Made by a program: the position numbers and the translations under genes
Notes under the pieces: model-generated
The model's database searches: none
What the model was told of the DNA's origin: nothing
Seen by the model: only the letters and a program-made list of their open reading frames with translations
In this document: piece by piece, positions 36,422 through 46,096 of the stretch
Layout of the letters: every line of letters begins with the position of its first letter
How positions within the stretch are numbered: position 1 is the stretch's first letter
From: a virus
Virus record (IMG/VR): IMGVR_UViG_3300046538_000109
Span: 7,211 to 71,210 of that record
Length of the DNA: 64,000 bases
Strand: one strand, 5' to 3'

Positions 36422-37486
36422 ATGACCTGTACCGTTTTCCTCGTCGGCAGCAAGTATCACTACCGATTCCGCCTGGCGCCGCTGCCCCGGATCCAGCGCA
36501 GCACGCGCGACACTGACAAGCGCCGCGCCCAGCGGATCGCCAATCTGGCCTACGCCGCCGCGCTGGTGCGGGTCAACGGCGGCCACATAATGCCCACGCT
36601 CGATGAGCTGATCGACCAGTGGTTCGAGATCCGTGGCCCGGTGGCCAGCGCCTCGCACCGGCGCGGCGTCGACACCTTCAAGCGCAAGCACCTGTACGGC
36701 ATGGGCGCGCTGCCGATCGACCAGCTGCACACCAAGGTGGTGGAGATCGCCCGCAACAAGCATCTGGCCACGCGCAAGCCGGCGTCGGGCAATCACTGGC
36801 TGCGGATACTCAATCTGCTGGTCAACTGGGCCGTCAAGGGCAAGATCCTCACCGAACGGCCGTGGGATGTGGACATGCTGCCGGAGCAGAAGTCGCCGCG
36901 CCAAATCCTTCCCATCAGCCTGACCGACGCATGGTTTGACGCGATCGACGCGGCCAGTCGGCGCCGCCCGTCGGTGGCGATCGCCGTGCGCCTGATGTAC
37001 GGACTGGGCTTGCGCGAGTCGGAAGCGGCCACCGCGCGCTGGGAATGGATCGACTGGGAGCGCCGCACGTACACGCCCGGCATCACCAAGGGCAAGGAAG
37101 CGGTGCCGATCCGGATGCCTGGCTGGCTGGCCGGCTACCTGCACGAGCGCCGCCAGAAGGATGGACCGATCACGCCCGGGCGCAACGGCCAGCTGCCCGA
37201 GGGTTACGCGCGCCACGCCATGCGGCAAGCCAACCTGGCGACGTCGCTGACCGGCATCACGCCGCACCGACTGCGCGGCACCTGCGCGACGCTGCTGTCT
37301 GAGGAAGGAACGCCCGTCCAGACCATCCAGGCCATCATGCGCCACAAGGACGCCACGACCACCATGCGCTATCTGGAAATCAACATGGACACCGCCGGCG
37401 CAGCGCAGGACCGCATCGAAAGCAAGGTCCGCTTCGGTGGGCGAAAACTGGGCGCAGACCTGCCAACGGAGGCTACGGGCAAATGA
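36422..37486 (+). CDS. Second tyrosine integrase (phage integrase family)
   Basis: N-terminal arm-binding-like GSKYHYRFR; C-terminal HRLRGTCATLL...HKDATTTMRYL (R...HxxR...Y). Confidence 0.8.
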   Translation: MTCTVFLVGSKYHYRFRLAPLPRIQRSTRDTDKRRAQRIANLAYAAALVRVNGGHIMPTLDELIDQWFEIRGPVASASHRRGVDTFKRKHLYGMGALPIDQLHTKVVEIARNKHLATRKPASGNHWLRILNLLVNWAVKGKILTERPWDVDMLPEQKSPRQILPISLTDAWFDAIDAASRRRPSVAIAVRLMYGLGLRESEAATARWEWIDWERRTYTPGITKGKEAVPIRMPGWLAGYLHERRQKDGPITPGRNGQLPEGYARHAMRQANLATSLTGITPHRLRGTCATLLSEEGTPVQTIQAIMRHKDATTTMRYLEINMDTAGAAQDRIESKVRFGGRKLGADLPTEATGK

Positions 37487-37790
37487 AGACGCGGACAAAT
37501 CATAATCATCGGTGTCAATTCAGCCGGCCGCCTTGCCACAACGGCAACTGCCCGGTTGCGCCGCCGGTTGCAGAGGTTGCGCGCGACCCGAAATGCAACC
37601 GCGCGGGCACCGTCCCGCAAATTGTTCCACGGCCAGCAAGTGCGGGGAAATGCCGCACGCCGATTCATGGAAATCACAAGCGTTATCAATCACTTAGCCG
37701 ATCAGAACCAGACGCGGCCGAGCAGCTGCGCGCGGCGTCCGGACATCGGCAAATCGGCCAAAAATCGGGCCTGTCGGAAGACCTCAGAAA

Positions 37791-37848
37791 GTTACACAAA
37801 ATCCGGTTACACAAAAAGTTACACAACGCCCATTTGTGCAACCTGCAC
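37791..37848. promoter_or_regulatory. Three direct repeats GTTACACAA (37791, 37806, 37819) followed by 6-3-6 palindrome TGTGCA-acc-TGCACA
   Basis: Read directly; between integrase 2 and the SPFH gene. Confidence 0.4.
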
Positions 37849-37905
37849 ACATTTTCAGCACCGGGAAACCGCGCCCCGATCCGCGCGGACTAGAAGGAAG
37901 AACAA

Positions 37906-38847
37906 ATGCAATTTGCACAACGCTACACCAAGCAATTCCCTGAAACGCTCCGCCGCCCGGCCTACACCGAGCTGAACACTTTCGCCATCGCCCGCGATGT
38001 GATCGCCGCTCTGCTGGTTGCGATACTGCTGCTGACCCTCTGGCCATTCCGCACGGTGCCGACGGGCTCGCGCGGCGTCGTCACCCAGTTCGGCGCGATC
38101 AAGGGCATCCAGAACGAAGGACTGGTAATCCTGGCACCGTGGGAGAAGCTGGCCCTGTTCAGCGTGCGCGCCGAGACGGCCAGCATTGAGAGCGCGGACG
38201 GAAGCACGTCCGACACCCAGCCGGTCAAGGTCAGCATGACGGTGCGCTACAGCATCAAGGTTGCGAAGGTGGCCGAGGTCTACGAGAAATACAGCCACGA
38301 CGGGGATTTGTCCTCCTACGTGCAAACCGCCACCCAGGAAGCATTTAAGGCGGTGACGGCCCGCTACACCGCGCCGGACCTGATTTCCAAGCGCGCGCAG
38401 GTTTCCGCCGATATCGCGACCGCACTCTCGGGCAAGCTGGCGATGTACGGCGCCCAGGTAATCAACATCGATATGCGCAACTTCGCATTCTCGGGCGACT
38501 ACATGAATGCCATCAGCGCGAAGGTGACGCAGGAGCAGCTGCGCTTGGGCGCGGAGAACAAGCTGCACACCGTCGAGGCGGAACAGAAACAAAAGGTCGC
38601 CATCGCCGAGGCGGAAGCGAACGCGCTCAAGGCCAAGGCCGACGGCGAGGCGTATGCAAATCTGAAAGTGGCAACCGCCCAGGCCGACGCGCTGCGTATC
38701 CAGAACGCCGCACTGGCGCAGAACAAGGACGTGCTCGAGCTGCGCCGCATTGAAGTGGAGAAGGTCAAGGCCGAGCGCTGGAATGGCGCGCTGCCGCAGA
38801 ACATGTATGCGGGAGCCCCGATCCCATTCCTCAACATGGGCAAGTAA
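37906..38847 (+). CDS. SPFH/band-7 (prohibitin/HflC-like) membrane protein
   Basis: N-terminal TM helix then band-7 core (VPTGSRGVVTQFGAIKG...APWEKLALFSVRAE...) and C-terminal coiled coil (KQKVAIAEAEANALKAKADGEA). Confidence 0.8.
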   Translation: MQFAQRYTKQFPETLRRPAYTELNTFAIARDVIAALLVAILLLTLWPFRTVPTGSRGVVTQFGAIKGIQNEGLVILAPWEKLALFSVRAETASIESADGSTSDTQPVKVSMTVRYSIKVAKVAEVYEKYSHDGDLSSYVQTATQEAFKAVTARYTAPDLISKRAQVSADIATALSGKLAMYGAQVINIDMRNFAFSGDYMNAISAKVTQEQLRLGAENKLHTVEAEQKQKVAIAEAEANALKAKADGEAYANLKVATAQADALRIQNAALAQNKDVLELRRIEVEKVKAERWNGALPQNMYAGAPIPFLNMGK

Positions 38848-38922
38848 CAGCAGTGCATTGCGGGGCACCCTCACCGGAAGCCCCTCACCGCGCGCCTCCT
38901 AACCACCACCAAGGAAACGACA

Positions 38923-39483
38923 ATGCCCCACTCAACATGTCTTGCGGCACTGCGCGCCGAACGTGACAAAACGACAGGTCCTATTCGCCGCGCCTACAAC
39001 GCAGTGTGCGATCGCCTCGAGGTGCTAAACAGCGTGATTGCGCAGGAAGCCGCCGGCCCAGCCGCGCGGACCATTGAAACAATGGGAATGCAGTCGACGC
39101 ACATCGCCAAGCCCGAACTCGTCACCGCGATCGCGATCTCCAACTGCGTCATGACCGCAACCGGATATCGGCTCACCCTGGCAGATAACACCGACTTGGA
39201 GATCCCAGCCGCGACCGTCGAGATCTTCGGCGGGCCTCAGTTTGGCGACTACTGGGTAACGCGCGATGGTTTCAGCTACATCATGAAAAAGACCGTGTTC
39301 GAGCACCGCTACATGAAGCTGGCCAGTCTGCCGACCGATCCGCGCCCGCTTTGCTACCCAATGCCGCCGGTGGAAGTCTGCGCCGCAGCGGAACTCGTCG
39401 GCCGCTACTTCGCAACCCAGAACGTCGGCAGCTGGGAGCTCGGACCGTGCAAGACCCGCTTCCCGCGCGGAGCACTCGCATGA
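38923..39483 (+). CDS. Hypothetical protein (186 aa)
   Basis: ORF; SD-like ACCAAGGAAACG upstream. Confidence 0.4.
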   Translation: MPHSTCLAALRAERDKTTGPIRRAYNAVCDRLEVLNSVIAQEAAGPAARTIETMGMQSTHIAKPELVTAIAISNCVMTATGYRLTLADNTDLEIPAATVEIFGGPQFGDYWVTRDGFSYIMKKTVFEHRYMKLASLPTDPRPLCYPMPPVEVCAAAELVGRYFATQNVGSWELGPCKTRFPRGALA

Positions 39484-40562
39484 GCGCCACAATCGATCAC
39501 GGCGAGCCAGAGTGGATCGTCAATGACCTCGGCGAGCTGGGCGTGAAACTGCGCGGGCGCTTCTTCTTCCTCTACAAGGGCGACAGCATCGAATATCACG
39601 ACGGCGTGCACGACGACGGTACGCCAATCCTGTGGCGCCCAGTCGGCAAGCGCGAGTTCGGCGAGACGTGCTGGCCGGTAGTTTGGCAATTGGCCGGGAG
39701 CCGCGAGGCTCGCTACACCCAGGAGCTGATCTACACCCCCGGGCTGAGCTTCGGCGCGCCCGGAGATTGCGACTGGCGGCCGTTGGGCAAGGCCGTACCC
39801 GCTGCGCCAGATCCGGTCGAGCCGCCAGCGCACATCGCCGCCCCGAACATCAAGGACATGAGCCTGCTGATCGCGCGGCTGGCGTATTCGCTCAAGAAGG
39901 CCGCACCCGAGCACGAGTTGCCCGCCAAGGCGACGGCTTACCTGAAAAAGCACGATCTGATCGGCAGTCCGTTGCGCGGCGCGGAAGAACCCAGCACCGT
40001 CCCGGTCAATGCTTCGCTGCGCGCATGGGTGGAGCGCCGCTACCTGGGCGACGAAATGGTGCATGAAACTGTGACGTTGCAGCCGATGCCAGAGCACGAG
40101 CGCACGCATCTGGAGCAGTTTTATCGGCTGGAGATCATCGAATTGGCCCCGGTCGCGCCGCTGGCGACCCTCAGCTACATGGGGGAGAGCGGCGAGTACC
40201 AAGAAATTGGGGTGGCGAATGGCGCCGGCACGATGCGCGGCAATCTGGTCCATGTGTATCGGGACGCCAAGACGGGCATCCTCTACTACCGCACGCCGAT
40301 GGAATTCGCCGCGCGCATGGTGCGCACCTCGCCGGCGCCTGATGCTACACAGATGCGCTGCACTTGCCCAAGCCATGCCGCTCCCACCTTGCCGAAGGTG
40401 AAGGGCCACGTCTTGGCTGCGGTCGTCAACAACCTCCGCGATATCGCCATCCAGTTCCATGCGGCGGGCCAGCTGCGCGAGCGCCTTCGAGCAGCGTTAG
40501 GGCCGCTCCTATCTGGCACAGAACCCGATCCGCGCGACCTACATGAAGGGAAAACAACATGA
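39480..40562 (+). CDS. Hypothetical protein (360 aa)
   Basis: ATGA overlap with upstream gene; no motif recognised. Confidence 0.45.
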   Translation: MSATIDHGEPEWIVNDLGELGVKLRGRFFFLYKGDSIEYHDGVHDDGTPILWRPVGKREFGETCWPVVWQLAGSREARYTQELIYTPGLSFGAPGDCDWRPLGKAVPAAPDPVEPPAHIAAPNIKDMSLLIARLAYSLKKAAPEHELPAKATAYLKKHDLIGSPLRGAEEPSTVPVNASLRAWVERRYLGDEMVHETVTLQPMPEHERTHLEQFYRLEIIELAPVAPLATLSYMGESGEYQEIGVANGAGTMRGNLVHVYRDAKTGILYYRTPMEFAARMVRTSPAPDATQMRCTCPSHAAPTLPKVKGHVLAAVVNNLRDIAIQFHAAGQLRERLRAALGPLLSGTEPDPRDLHEGKTT

Positions 40563-40801
40563 GAGATATGTGCATCATGGCATGCGTGTTCTGCCACAAC
40601 CTCGAATTCCAGCGATGGGCGGACTCGCTCGGCGATCGCCGCGTCGAAGATGACGAGGACGCCAAGGCGTTCATCCTCGATACCTGCAGCGTCACAACCC
40701 GCAACGCCCTGGACAGTGACGCGGCCGCCGCCGAACGATTCCACGAGCAGATCCGCAAGCCGTTTCTGGCATGGAAGGAGGCGCAGCATGCCCAGCGATG
40801 A
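40559..40801 (+). CDS. Hypothetical protein (80 aa)
   Basis: ATGA overlap with upstream gene. Confidence 0.35.
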   Translation: MRDMCIMACVFCHNLEFQRWADSLGDRRVEDDEDAKAFILDTCSVTTRNALDSDAAAAERFHEQIRKPFLAWKEAQHAQR

Positions 40802-41528
40802 ACGTCACCCAGGCGGGCACATCTCACCCCGATACGCGATCTACCCGGGCAGCGTGGGCAGCCGGTCCGATGGCGACGTACACCACATCACCGCCGGCCA
40901 GCTGCGCGCGCTCTACCGCGTGCGGCAGGACGAGTGCATCGTGGTCTACCCGCACGAATCGTTCGACCCGTCGAAGCGCGAAAAGCTCGAACGGGCCAGC
41001 AACCTGATCCCGCTCACGCCGCGCTACGACGGCAATTACACCTTACCGACGGCAGGCGCCGGATTCAAACGACTCCACCACAGTCCACAAGCGGTATTCA
41101 AGGGCGCAACCCTGTTATCACTATCGCCGCGCGGCACCTGGTTGAAAAAGCGAAGTGAAGAGCGTTACCTTGCGCGCGATGACGCTTATGGCTTGCGCGC
41201 CCCACCTATCGCCGAAATTGGAGTAGTGGAGCAGTTTCGATTCATTGTTTCGCCGACCACCCCCAAACCACCAACGAGAAAAACAAATATGGCAATCACC
41301 GTATTCAAGTCGAGCAGCATCGGCAAGTCGCAGATCGAGCCCCACGTCGTCAACACGCACAGCCTACTCACGCGCGCCGGCTTTCACCGCTACGTGATCC
41401 AGCGTCTCAGCGGCTACGCCAGCGACGGCGAAGCCTGGACCGGCACGCATTTCCTTCGATTCGTACCCTGCAGGCGCAATCACGGCGCAGCTGCCGTGCA
41501 CGCGGCGTTCACCAGTTCGGCAACCTGA
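40788..41528 (+). CDS. Hypothetical protein (246 aa)
   Basis: Strong SD GGAAGGAGG before ATG 40788; overlaps upstream stop by 14 nt. Confidence 0.45.
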   Translation: MPSDERHPGGHISPRYAIYPGSVGSRSDGDVHHITAGQLRALYRVRQDECIVVYPHESFDPSKREKLERASNLIPLTPRYDGNYTLPTAGAGFKRLHHSPQAVFKGATLLSLSPRGTWLKKRSEERYLARDDAYGLRAPPIAEIGVVEQFRFIVSPTTPKPPTRKTNMAITVFKSSSIGKSQIEPHVVNTHSLLTRAGFHRYVIQRLSGYASDGEAWTGTHFLRFVPCRRNHGAAAVHAAFTSSAT

Positions 41529-41548
41529 CCACCACCCAACCACAAGGA

Positions 41549-42322
41549 ATGACACCTATGCGCCTCACCTACCTTATCCTGTCCGTTGTCTGGGTCGCGT
41601 TCTACGCGCTCGTACTGAGCCCCTTCCTCGCGACGAGCCCGGCGAGCGCCGCCGGCGAGATCGACCAGGCTCTCGTCATCTTCGGTTGCTGCTGGACCGC
41701 GCTCGGCGTGTGCCTTGCCCTGCATGCGCACCCGGTAAATCAGCCCCGCACCGAAGCGGAAGCGCCGGCCGAGGCACCCGCGCACGAAGCAGCAGAGCCA
41801 CCCTTGCAGCCCCCGAGCCGCGCGGACGCGCAAAAGCACAACGCACGCATGCACGCCATGTTGGATCGCCTCACCGCCAGTTCGCCCGACATGGGCATGG
41901 ACATGCGCGACGCGTTCCTCTACGGCCTGTCCGGGCAGTCAATCGCGTTCGACCCAGAAAGCGGCGAACCAGTCTGGAAGATTATCCCCATGCCGGAATT
42001 ATTCAATCACCTTGGATCGATGCACGCCGCGGAGCGCACGGCCGCAATCGCAGCGAAGGTGCCACCCACCAGTAGCGCAGTCGATCCGTCGCGCCCTGTT
42101 GTTATCGGCGTCGACCTGGCGAAGCCGGGCGCCGAGCGGACCGTAATCCTTCAAGCCAGTCGGATCGGGCGCGCGACCATCCTCAAGGCCCGCCAGAATG
42201 GGATAACAGAGGCGGCCAAGCGCGAGGCGGCAGCGGGCCACCAGCACGCGGCCAAGGCAGCGGCGAAGCGCGCGAAGCGGGAACAGCGCAACGCGCACCA
42301 GGTTGCGATGGGAGCGGCATAG
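41549..42322 (+). CDS. Hypothetical membrane protein (two N-terminal TM helices)
   Basis: LTYLILSVVWVAFYALVLSPFL / ALVIFGCCWTALGVCLALH hydrophobic segments. Confidence 0.45.
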   Translation: MTPMRLTYLILSVVWVAFYALVLSPFLATSPASAAGEIDQALVIFGCCWTALGVCLALHAHPVNQPRTEAEAPAEAPAHEAAEPPLQPPSRADAQKHNARMHAMLDRLTASSPDMGMDMRDAFLYGLSGQSIAFDPESGEPVWKIIPMPELFNHLGSMHAAERTAAIAAKVPPTSSAVDPSRPVVIGVDLAKPGAERTVILQASRIGRATILKARQNGITEAAKREAAAGHQHAAKAAAKRAKREQRNAHQVAMGAA

Positions 42323-43242
42323 TGGACGGCCACGGCATAAGCGCAGCGGCCGGACGCTGGGGCAAGATCACCGCTGCGGACACCATCACGCCGGATATCG
42401 TCATCCATCCCGGGCCGAACGAGACACGATTCACCACCAAGGGCATGACGTACCGGGGCCAGCTGGTCGAGGACGCCGGCGCCGCGCATGCGATCCTGCT
42501 GGCCGTGCTCAATGGGCACCCGGTACCGCCGCCAGCAGCAGCGAACGAGGGGCAGGAGGCAAGGGAGATAGCGCGCCTCACCAAGCTGGCGGCCCAGAAC
42601 AACGCCGACGCCGAAATGTACGCGCGCGCGTGGCAGCGCGAACTGGCCGGGTTCCTGCGTCCAAAGGGCCACCACATCGATATGCTGGTAGTGTCGACGC
42701 GCGATCTCGCAGAGCGCTGCCGCACCGCAGAGAGTCGGGTCAAGGAATTGACTGCAGCAAGCGCGGACTGCGGCGCACCGATCGCCGAATCTGGCTCCCT
42801 TGCGGACAAGTTCGACCGCGCCCGTTTCGATGCGATGAACCTCACCGCAGCCCACGGAACCGCATTGCCGCCGCTGGCATTCGTCATCGACCAACTGGAG
42901 GCGGCCGACGCGCCCGATACCCGTCTCGACTGCCTGATCGCGATCGTGGTCGGATGCAACCAGGCGCCGGTCCCGGCCTACACGGCCAGCTTTGATGAAG
43001 CGCTCAAGCTGATCGAGCCGGGCCGCGACTATGAGCTGACCAGCTACGGCAGCGGCAGCGATGGCGCCACCTACACATGCGCCGCAATGAAGTGGTGGCC
43101 ACGCCCGGACGATAAGAAAGGCTGGCGCAGCGAAAGCGGGAACAAGCTGTCGCCGGCACTTGCGCTGTGCATCGCGGCGCTAAAGGTGAAACTGGCCCGG
43201 GCGGAAGAGGGCGGCGGCGCCGTTAAGCGGAGCGCGGCCTGA
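42322..43242 (+). CDS. Hypothetical protein (306 aa)
   Basis: GTG start overlapping upstream TAG (taGTG). Confidence 0.4.
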   Translation: MDGHGISAAAGRWGKITAADTITPDIVIHPGPNETRFTTKGMTYRGQLVEDAGAAHAILLAVLNGHPVPPPAAANEGQEAREIARLTKLAAQNNADAEMYARAWQRELAGFLRPKGHHIDMLVVSTRDLAERCRTAESRVKELTAASADCGAPIAESGSLADKFDRARFDAMNLTAAHGTALPPLAFVIDQLEAADAPDTRLDCLIAIVVGCNQAPVPAYTASFDEALKLIEPGRDYELTSYGSGSDGATYTCAAMKWWPRPDDKKGWRSESGNKLSPALALCIAALKVKLARAEEGGGAVKRSAA

Positions 43243-43393
43243 TAACACGGCGATACCGACCACAGCACGCAATTATGTGTGCACATGGCAATTATATGCG
43301 CATATAATTCTCTGTCGTCGCGCACCCGGCGCGGCTTTAACCAGAGGACTACCATGACAGATCCCACCATCCCGACGTCTCGGCTGCAACCGA

Positions 43394-43636
43394 ATGACAG
43401 TTCCACAGAGCCAGGCACCTCTGACCATGGCCAGTAACGCCAACAAGACCACCAAGCCAGCACCGGAACCCGCGCCAGTCGGCGCACCGCGCCAGCTTGA
43501 GGGCGGCCGTGCCGTCAATGTCTACCTCGATGCCGCCAGCATCACCAAGGCAGAGCGACTGGGCGACGGCGTCATCAGCAAAGGGATCCGGATCGCCCTG
43601 CAGGCGGCCAAAATAACAACGAAAGGCAAGCAATGA
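43394..43636 (+). CDS. Small hypothetical protein, possible ribbon-helix-helix-type DNA binder
   Basis: AVNVYLDAASITKAERLGDGVISKGIRIAL resembles RHH/antitoxin-like beta-strand-helix pattern; weak. Confidence 0.3.
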   Translation: MTVPQSQAPLTMASNANKTTKPAPEPAPVGAPRQLEGGRAVNVYLDAASITKAERLGDGVISKGIRIALQAAKITTKGKQ

Positions 43637-44337
43637 GCACACCACACGAGGCGTTACTCGCAGAAATCGACACCATGCAGGCACAGTGCGCGCAACTGGG
43701 CGCCCTGGTAGAGCGCCAAGAGGCCGAACTGGCCGAAGCGCACCGCGCCAACGACAACATGCAGCAATGCCTGCAAGAGCAATCTGAGTTGATTGGTGCG
43801 CAGGCGCGAGATTTGCGCGCCACCCCGCAGGCACAGCCCACGCTGACGGATGCGCAGATCGAGCAGCACGTACGCGCCATCTACGGCACGGCGGCGACGG
43901 CGCAGGAATTTGCCCTTGCTCGTGCTCTTTCTGGCGCGCCATCACAGTGCGCAGCGCCGAGTGAGCGGGCGCAGATCAAGCGCGTTGATTTAGAGGGCGG
44001 ATTCTGGATCGAGTTCGAGCGCAAGACCAGCGGAGCGAGTGGATGGCTACTGCGTGATAAGACAGGAAAGCTGTTGAGCGCTCTAACCTTGCATGAGGTT
44101 GATCTGGTTGACGGCGCATTGCGCGCATCCCTCGCACCAGCACCGCCAGTTGCAACGCCGGGTGAGCGGGAGCCCGACACCGACTTGGGCGCGGCCACCG
44201 ACGGCATGGAAATCCTTGACGACCTGATCGAGAGCATCAGGAAGCACGGCAACTACAGCGCGGAGGCTACGCTGACTTTCCTGGGGCAGTTGCGGCAATG
44301 CCTGGTCGCCGCCCCAGCACCGGAAGCACAGCGATGA
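43633..44337 (+). CDS. Hypothetical protein (234 aa, N-terminal coiled coil)
   Basis: ATGA overlap with upstream. Confidence 0.45.
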   Translation: MSTPHEALLAEIDTMQAQCAQLGALVERQEAELAEAHRANDNMQQCLQEQSELIGAQARDLRATPQAQPTLTDAQIEQHVRAIYGTAATAQEFALARALSGAPSQCAAPSERAQIKRVDLEGGFWIEFERKTSGASGWLLRDKTGKLLSALTLHEVDLVDGALRASLAPAPPVATPGEREPDTDLGAATDGMEILDDLIESIRKHGNYSAEATLTFLGQLRQCLVAAPAPEAQR

Positions 44338-44495
44338 GTGCCACGCCTACAGTGGAATGGATCACCGAGAAAATCCTGTCGTACACGCGCCCGGAAACAC
44401 CACGCGACCACGAGGCCGCGCAACGCTGCGCGCGCGTCATCGCCATTGCATTTGAAAAGGCTTCGGCCAACCAGCAACAGAAAGGACAACCATGA
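44334..44495 (+). CDS. Small hypothetical protein (53 aa)
   Basis: ATGA overlaps on both sides. Confidence 0.3.
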   Translation: MSATPTVEWITEKILSYTRPETPRDHEAAQRCARVIAIAFEKASANQQQKGQP

Positions 44496-45760
44496 GTACG
44501 AATGTCAAGAAGTGGGATGCGCTGCGCGATGCAGCCATGGCATGCGAAGGCTGGTCGTGGCCTGACCGCATGCGCGATGAGAATGGAACGCATCATTTTG
44601 GCCAGCGCCGGGAAGGTGAGTTCTACCAAATCGGAACCATCGACGCATGGACCTACACAAGCGATTACGCGGACGATATCCGCGTCCTGAAATTCATCCG
44701 CGCCGCTCAGCCAGAGGCCGTACTTTCCCTGTTCTCGGAAATCGACCGGCTCCGCGCAGCCCTCCAGGCGCAACAGGGCACAATCGGTCAAGCTGTCGCC
44801 TACTGCTACGAAGTGCGTCAGCCGTTCACCGATCCTTTCGAGTGGGCTGAATTCTTAGACCGCGATAAGCCATCCGAGAGCCGCGACGTGCGCAACGTCC
44901 GCGCCCTTGGCTATATAGATAGTCCTAGTGCTGCGGACGCAGGCAATCAGCTGGAAGACGCCGCCCTGGTGGCGATCAGGGAAACGGCCCCACCGCGTGA
45001 CCGACTGGGACCGCCGACGAGCAACGACAAGATGAGGGCGCAGATTGGCGAACGCATCGCGGAAAAAATCCGCGCACTGAAACCTGGTGCTACGAACGCA
45101 GGCGCTCAACCTGTTGAGCAATCCCCATACGAAGCGATCACGCTTGCCAACCTGCGCGCGGGCAAGCTGTCGGCGGCCAGGGTATACGTCGGCTACTGCG
45201 AGGTAAGCGAAGAACTGAAGGCCGCCAACGGCGCAATCAAGCGCTACCAGGCCCAGGCCGCGCCAGCACCTACAGGAGATCTGGAGTGGCGACGCTTGGC
45301 CTTGCAGTTCGACGGACACCGTATGCAAGCCATTGGGCATCTGAAATGCATGCTGAAAGATCCACAGGCTCATAAAGATGTGGCTGAAAAGTTTCTGTCT
45401 GCTGGCCCGATCAGTGGTGAAGAAGTGCTGGCAGAGCGCATTAAAGCTCTTGCGCCAGCACCGGCCACGCTGAGTGATGAGCAGATCATGCGGATTATTG
45501 GCGACGTTAGGCAGCGCAATGCGGGCACATGGCCTGGTGATGTCGTTGTCGCCAGATCCCTGCTGGCCGCTGCCGGTAACGGCCAAGGGCAGGATGGCCG
45601 GATTCTTGGCCTGCTGCGAGAAGCTCGGGCCGCGCTGGAAATGTGGAAGGACGTAGCGCCCGCTGTAAGCCTTTGCGCTGATATCGATGCCGCTCTGGAG
45701 GCGAATGAACAAGCCAACATGCGGCCTGCGCGAGTGTGCGGGAAAATCCGCACGATTTAG
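44492..45760 (+). CDS. Hypothetical protein (422 aa)
   Basis: Long ORF with good composition; no motif recognised. Confidence 0.5.
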   Translation: MSTNVKKWDALRDAAMACEGWSWPDRMRDENGTHHFGQRREGEFYQIGTIDAWTYTSDYADDIRVLKFIRAAQPEAVLSLFSEIDRLRAALQAQQGTIGQAVAYCYEVRQPFTDPFEWAEFLDRDKPSESRDVRNVRALGYIDSPSAADAGNQLEDAALVAIRETAPPRDRLGPPTSNDKMRAQIGERIAEKIRALKPGATNAGAQPVEQSPYEAITLANLRAGKLSAARVYVGYCEVSEELKAANGAIKRYQAQAAPAPTGDLEWRRLALQFDGHRMQAIGHLKCMLKDPQAHKDVAEKFLSAGPISGEEVLAERIKALAPAPATLSDEQIMRIIGDVRQRNAGTWPGDVVVARSLLAAAGNGQGQDGRILGLLREARAALEMWKDVAPAVSLCADIDAALEANEQANMRPARVCGKIRTI

Positions 45761-45908
45761 TTATGGCAAAACCCGCACAAAAGCCCGTAAAATTCGCCTC
45801 AATTCGATAGTCTGAAAAACTGTCTCTTGCGTAAAGACCCGCCATCGTGGGCCTTTCAAGGGTATCGAATGTGCGGCGCCACCGTCCAGATAGGGCGGGG
45901 CGCACCGA

Positions 45909-45984
45909 TGTCATGTAGCTCAGTTGGTAGAGCGCCGGACTGTTAATCCGGTGGTCGCTGGTTCGATCCCAGCCTTGACAGCCA
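45909..45984 (+). tRNA. tRNA-Asn (anticodon GTT), 76 nt with encoded CCA
   Basis: Cloverleaf folded by hand: acceptor TGTCATG/CTTGACA (one T:T mismatch at 6:67), D-arm GCTC-AGTTGGTA-GAGC, anticodon arm CCGGA-CTGTTAA-TCCGG, T-arm GCTGG-TTCGATC-CCAGC, discriminator G, CCA. Confidence 0.8.
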
Positions 45985-46004
45985 TAATTTACGAGCACTT
46001 CGAG

Positions 46005-46040
46005 AAAGCCCGGACGACGAAAAATCGCCCGGGCTTTTTT
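46005..46040 (+). terminator. Intrinsic terminator downstream of the tRNA
   Basis: GCCCGG-(15 nt)-CCGGGC followed by TTTTTT. Confidence 0.6.
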
Positions 46041-46096
46041 CATGGGCCGGCCGAGTAGACGCCGCCCACAACACCGAATTCAACGCGGAAGCGAGC

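Noticed and set aside
36380-37560. att site for integrase 2 as a direct repeat of the tRNA-Asn 3' end
   Set aside because: Visual comparison of the flanks of integrase 2 with TTCGATCCCAGCCTTGACAGCCA found no convincing copy; left as an open question rather than a feature.
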